A stretch of DNA of 64,000 nucleotides from contig CAWFQB010000011.1 of assembly GCA_963817895.1 (NCBI GenBank), forward strand, positions 224,001 through 288,000, written 5' to 3'. This DNA comes from an uncultured Chthonomonadaceae bacterium. GTDB taxonomy: Bacteria; Armatimonadota; Chthonomonadetes; Chthonomonadales; Chthonomonadaceae. The first letter of the stretch is position 1, and each line of letters starts with the position of its first letter. The notes below the pieces were generated by a model. The model saw nothing but the letters and a program-made list of their open reading frames with translations. It was not told where the DNA came from and searched no databases. This document shows positions 62,238-64,000 of the stretch, one piece after another. The translations under genes were made by a program, and so were the position numbers.

Positions 62238-62422
62238 ATTTTGGATTTTAGATTTTGGATTTTGGATTGCTGAGTGAGCAACCCACGTCATGCGGGTACG
62301 TTCACCATTTCTTACTTAACTTCCTGCCCAAATTTATGTCACCTATCCACCAACACGAAAAACAGCCCACGCTATGATAGCGCAGGCTGTTCAATCTAAA
62401 ATCTAAAATCCAAAATCTAAAA
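62238..62422. repeat. Inverted heptamer arrays (TTTTRGA)n / (TCYAAAA)n
   Basis: ttttggattttagattttggattttgga and tctaaaatctaaaatccaaaatctaaaa. Confidence 0.85.
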
Positions 62423-64000
62423 TCACTTGATGCTTGCCGACTGTTTCAGCGGCGCGTCCGACTTGATGGCGAGTTTTTCGGCGTCTTTGGTGTAGGTCAG
62501 GAACGCGATGCACATCTCATCGGTTGTCTGTTCGCCCCAGGTCACATCGCGCGGATGCGCCTTGTTGGGGTTGCGCGGATTTTTGTCCGAGTTGTCGTAG
62601 TAGGCGACCAGATGAACGCGGCTGCCCTTCGGCAACGCGACAGGCTCTTTCAGCTGATAGCTCATCTGCCAGTTGAAGTCCCAATCCTTAATCCAGACCA
62701 GTTGTTTTTCCGTATTATCCGGCAGCGTCGCCCATATCTTCATTTCTCGGCCCAACAGGTGCATGTGCGGCATCACGGTCATCAGGTGGCTGTCTTCCGA
62801 GATGAAGGTGCTGGCCTTGACCTCCTTGCGGTCGTCGCCATACGGCAGTTTGAATCCAAAGTTAATCAGGAAGTTTGAGCGGGCGAGTTTCTCAATCGTG
62901 CCATGCTGGAAATACAGGCCAATTTTTGTCGTGTCGGTTTCCGGCTTGCCGTCCTTGTGGTAATGCACCTGAATAATCAGGTTCGCGCCCTTCGGCAAAA
63001 CGGTTCCGATGCCCGTAGGCAGATCCGTCGGATCGTTGCCCGGCGCCCATCCGCCTAAAAATCCGGTTGCGGCAAAGCCCGGCCCGCCGCCCGATGCTGT
63101 GAAGCCCGGTTCGCCGTCCTTGTCCTGTCCCTCCATCTTATCGGTCAGGTGATTGGCGTCAATGTAGTTGATAACGTGATGCACCACGCGCCGGTTGCCC
63201 GGACGGCACTCTATCGCCCGCAGCCACACATCGGTCGGGAAATTAGTTTTCACGATGAAGTTGCGGTACACGTCTTCGCCGTCCGCGCTGAGATGATACT
63301 CTTTTTCGGGCTGTAACGCAATATCGGGCGTACCCAACTGCCAGCCGTCCGCGAACTTGCCGGGAGCGGGCAGTTCCGCCGTTTTTCCCATCGGCGTCCC
63401 GTTATCGGCCCAACTCGCGAGAATGGTTTTTTCCTTATCGGAAAGCGTATGCGCGGCAACGTCCTTGAACTCGCCGTAACCGGGTGTGGGCTTCCAGGGC
63501 GGCATTTGCCCGTTCTGCGTGTAGCGCTTGATGTCGGCAGACCACGCTTTGGCCTGCTTGTAGTCGTTGAGCGTGAACGGCGCGACTTCTCCGGCTCGGT
63601 GGCAGCTTTCGCATTTGGCGCGCAGGATAGGGGCCACGTCATGCGCGTAGGTGGGAACATTGGCGGCAACGACAGCGACGGTTTTGCTGTCGCGACGGAT
63701 GGCGCAGCCGAACGCAAGTTGCGTGGGGTGCGCCACGTCTTTGCCATTTACAAGCGCGGTCAGCGTTTCGGCAAGGTCATGTTGTGTCACGCGGGTCGCA
63801 ATGGCGTTATCATCAATGCGTCCCCGATAACGAACCACGCCCTGCGCGTCCACAACAATCGCTTCGGGCGTCATTTTCGCGCCGAGCGCGTCGGTCAAGC
63901 GGCACTGCGCGTCCCGAACAACGGGAATGGCGACTTTTCTGGTTCTGACATCTTTCGTCACCTCCAGAAGGCTCTCGTGGCTGTCGGGATATACGGCAAA
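62423..64000 (-). CDS. Redoxin / cytochrome c / Cu-monooxygenase-like multidomain protein (5' end outside the window)
   Basis: TPEA..YRGRIDD..GCAI, CESCH, VVHH, PHMHLLG, TDEMC. Confidence 0.85.
   Translation of the reverse strand, partial: FAVYPDSHESLLEVTKDVRTRKVAIPVVRDAQCRLTDALGAKMTPEAIVVDAQGVVRYRGRIDDNAIATRVTQHDLAETLTALVNGKDVAHPTQLAFGCAIRRDSKTVAVVAANVPTYAHDVAPILRAKCESCHRAGEVAPFTLNDYKQAKAWSADIKRYTQNGQMPPWKPTPGYGEFKDVAAHTLSDKEKTILASWADNGTPMGKTAELPAPGKFADGWQLGTPDIALQPEKEYHLSADGEDVYRNFIVKTNFPTDVWLRAIECRPGNRRVVHHVINYIDANHLTDKMEGQDKDGEPGFTASGGGPGFAATGFLGGWAPGNDPTDLPTGIGTVLPKGANLIIQVHYHKDGKPETDTTKIGLYFQHGTIEKLARSNFLINFGFKLPYGDDRKEVKASTFISEDSHLMTVMPHMHLLGREMKIWATLPDNTEKQLVWIKDWDFNWQMSYQLKEPVALPKGSRVHLVAYYDNSDKNPRNPNKAHPRDVTWGEQTTDEMCIAFLTYTKDAEKLAIKSDAPLKQSASIK

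Noticed and set aside
1..64000. tRNA, rRNA, prophage or defence-island genes
   Set aside because: None recognised by eye; only one TA pair and one IS were found

Overview
A GC-rich bacterial chromosomal segment. The gene repertoire (DUF1559-type prepilin protein, PEP-CTERM protein, ECF sigma/anti-sigma pairs) suggests Armatimonadota or a similar diderm lineage; this is inference only. Housekeeping genes: holB, type-B rpmE, cysS, pyrG, an OGG-type glycosylase and a pgpH-ybeY-dgkA-corC-like operon. Accessory content: a GNAT toxin-antitoxin pair, a hydroxyacid dehydrogenase/aldolase cluster, a Spy/CpxP-YHYH-MbnP/MbnH-fusion module interrupted by an IS5-family element, an RND/MarR/TolC efflux operon, a c-di-GMP cassette (two PilZ proteins plus a degenerate HD-GYP/GAF/GGDEF protein), two ECF sigma/anti-sigma/envelope-protein triplets, glycoside hydrolases and a redoxin-cytochrome c-Cu-monooxygenase-like protein. 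Many genes, including normally essential ones, carry single-base frameshifts, most likely sequencing errors. Intergenic DNA is densely filled with at least six families of REP/REPIN-like inverted repeats and heptamer arrays, some inserted in frame in proteins. Two candidate RNA leaders were seen, upstream of pyrG and of the PEP-CTERM gene. No rRNA, tRNA or CRISPR array was found.
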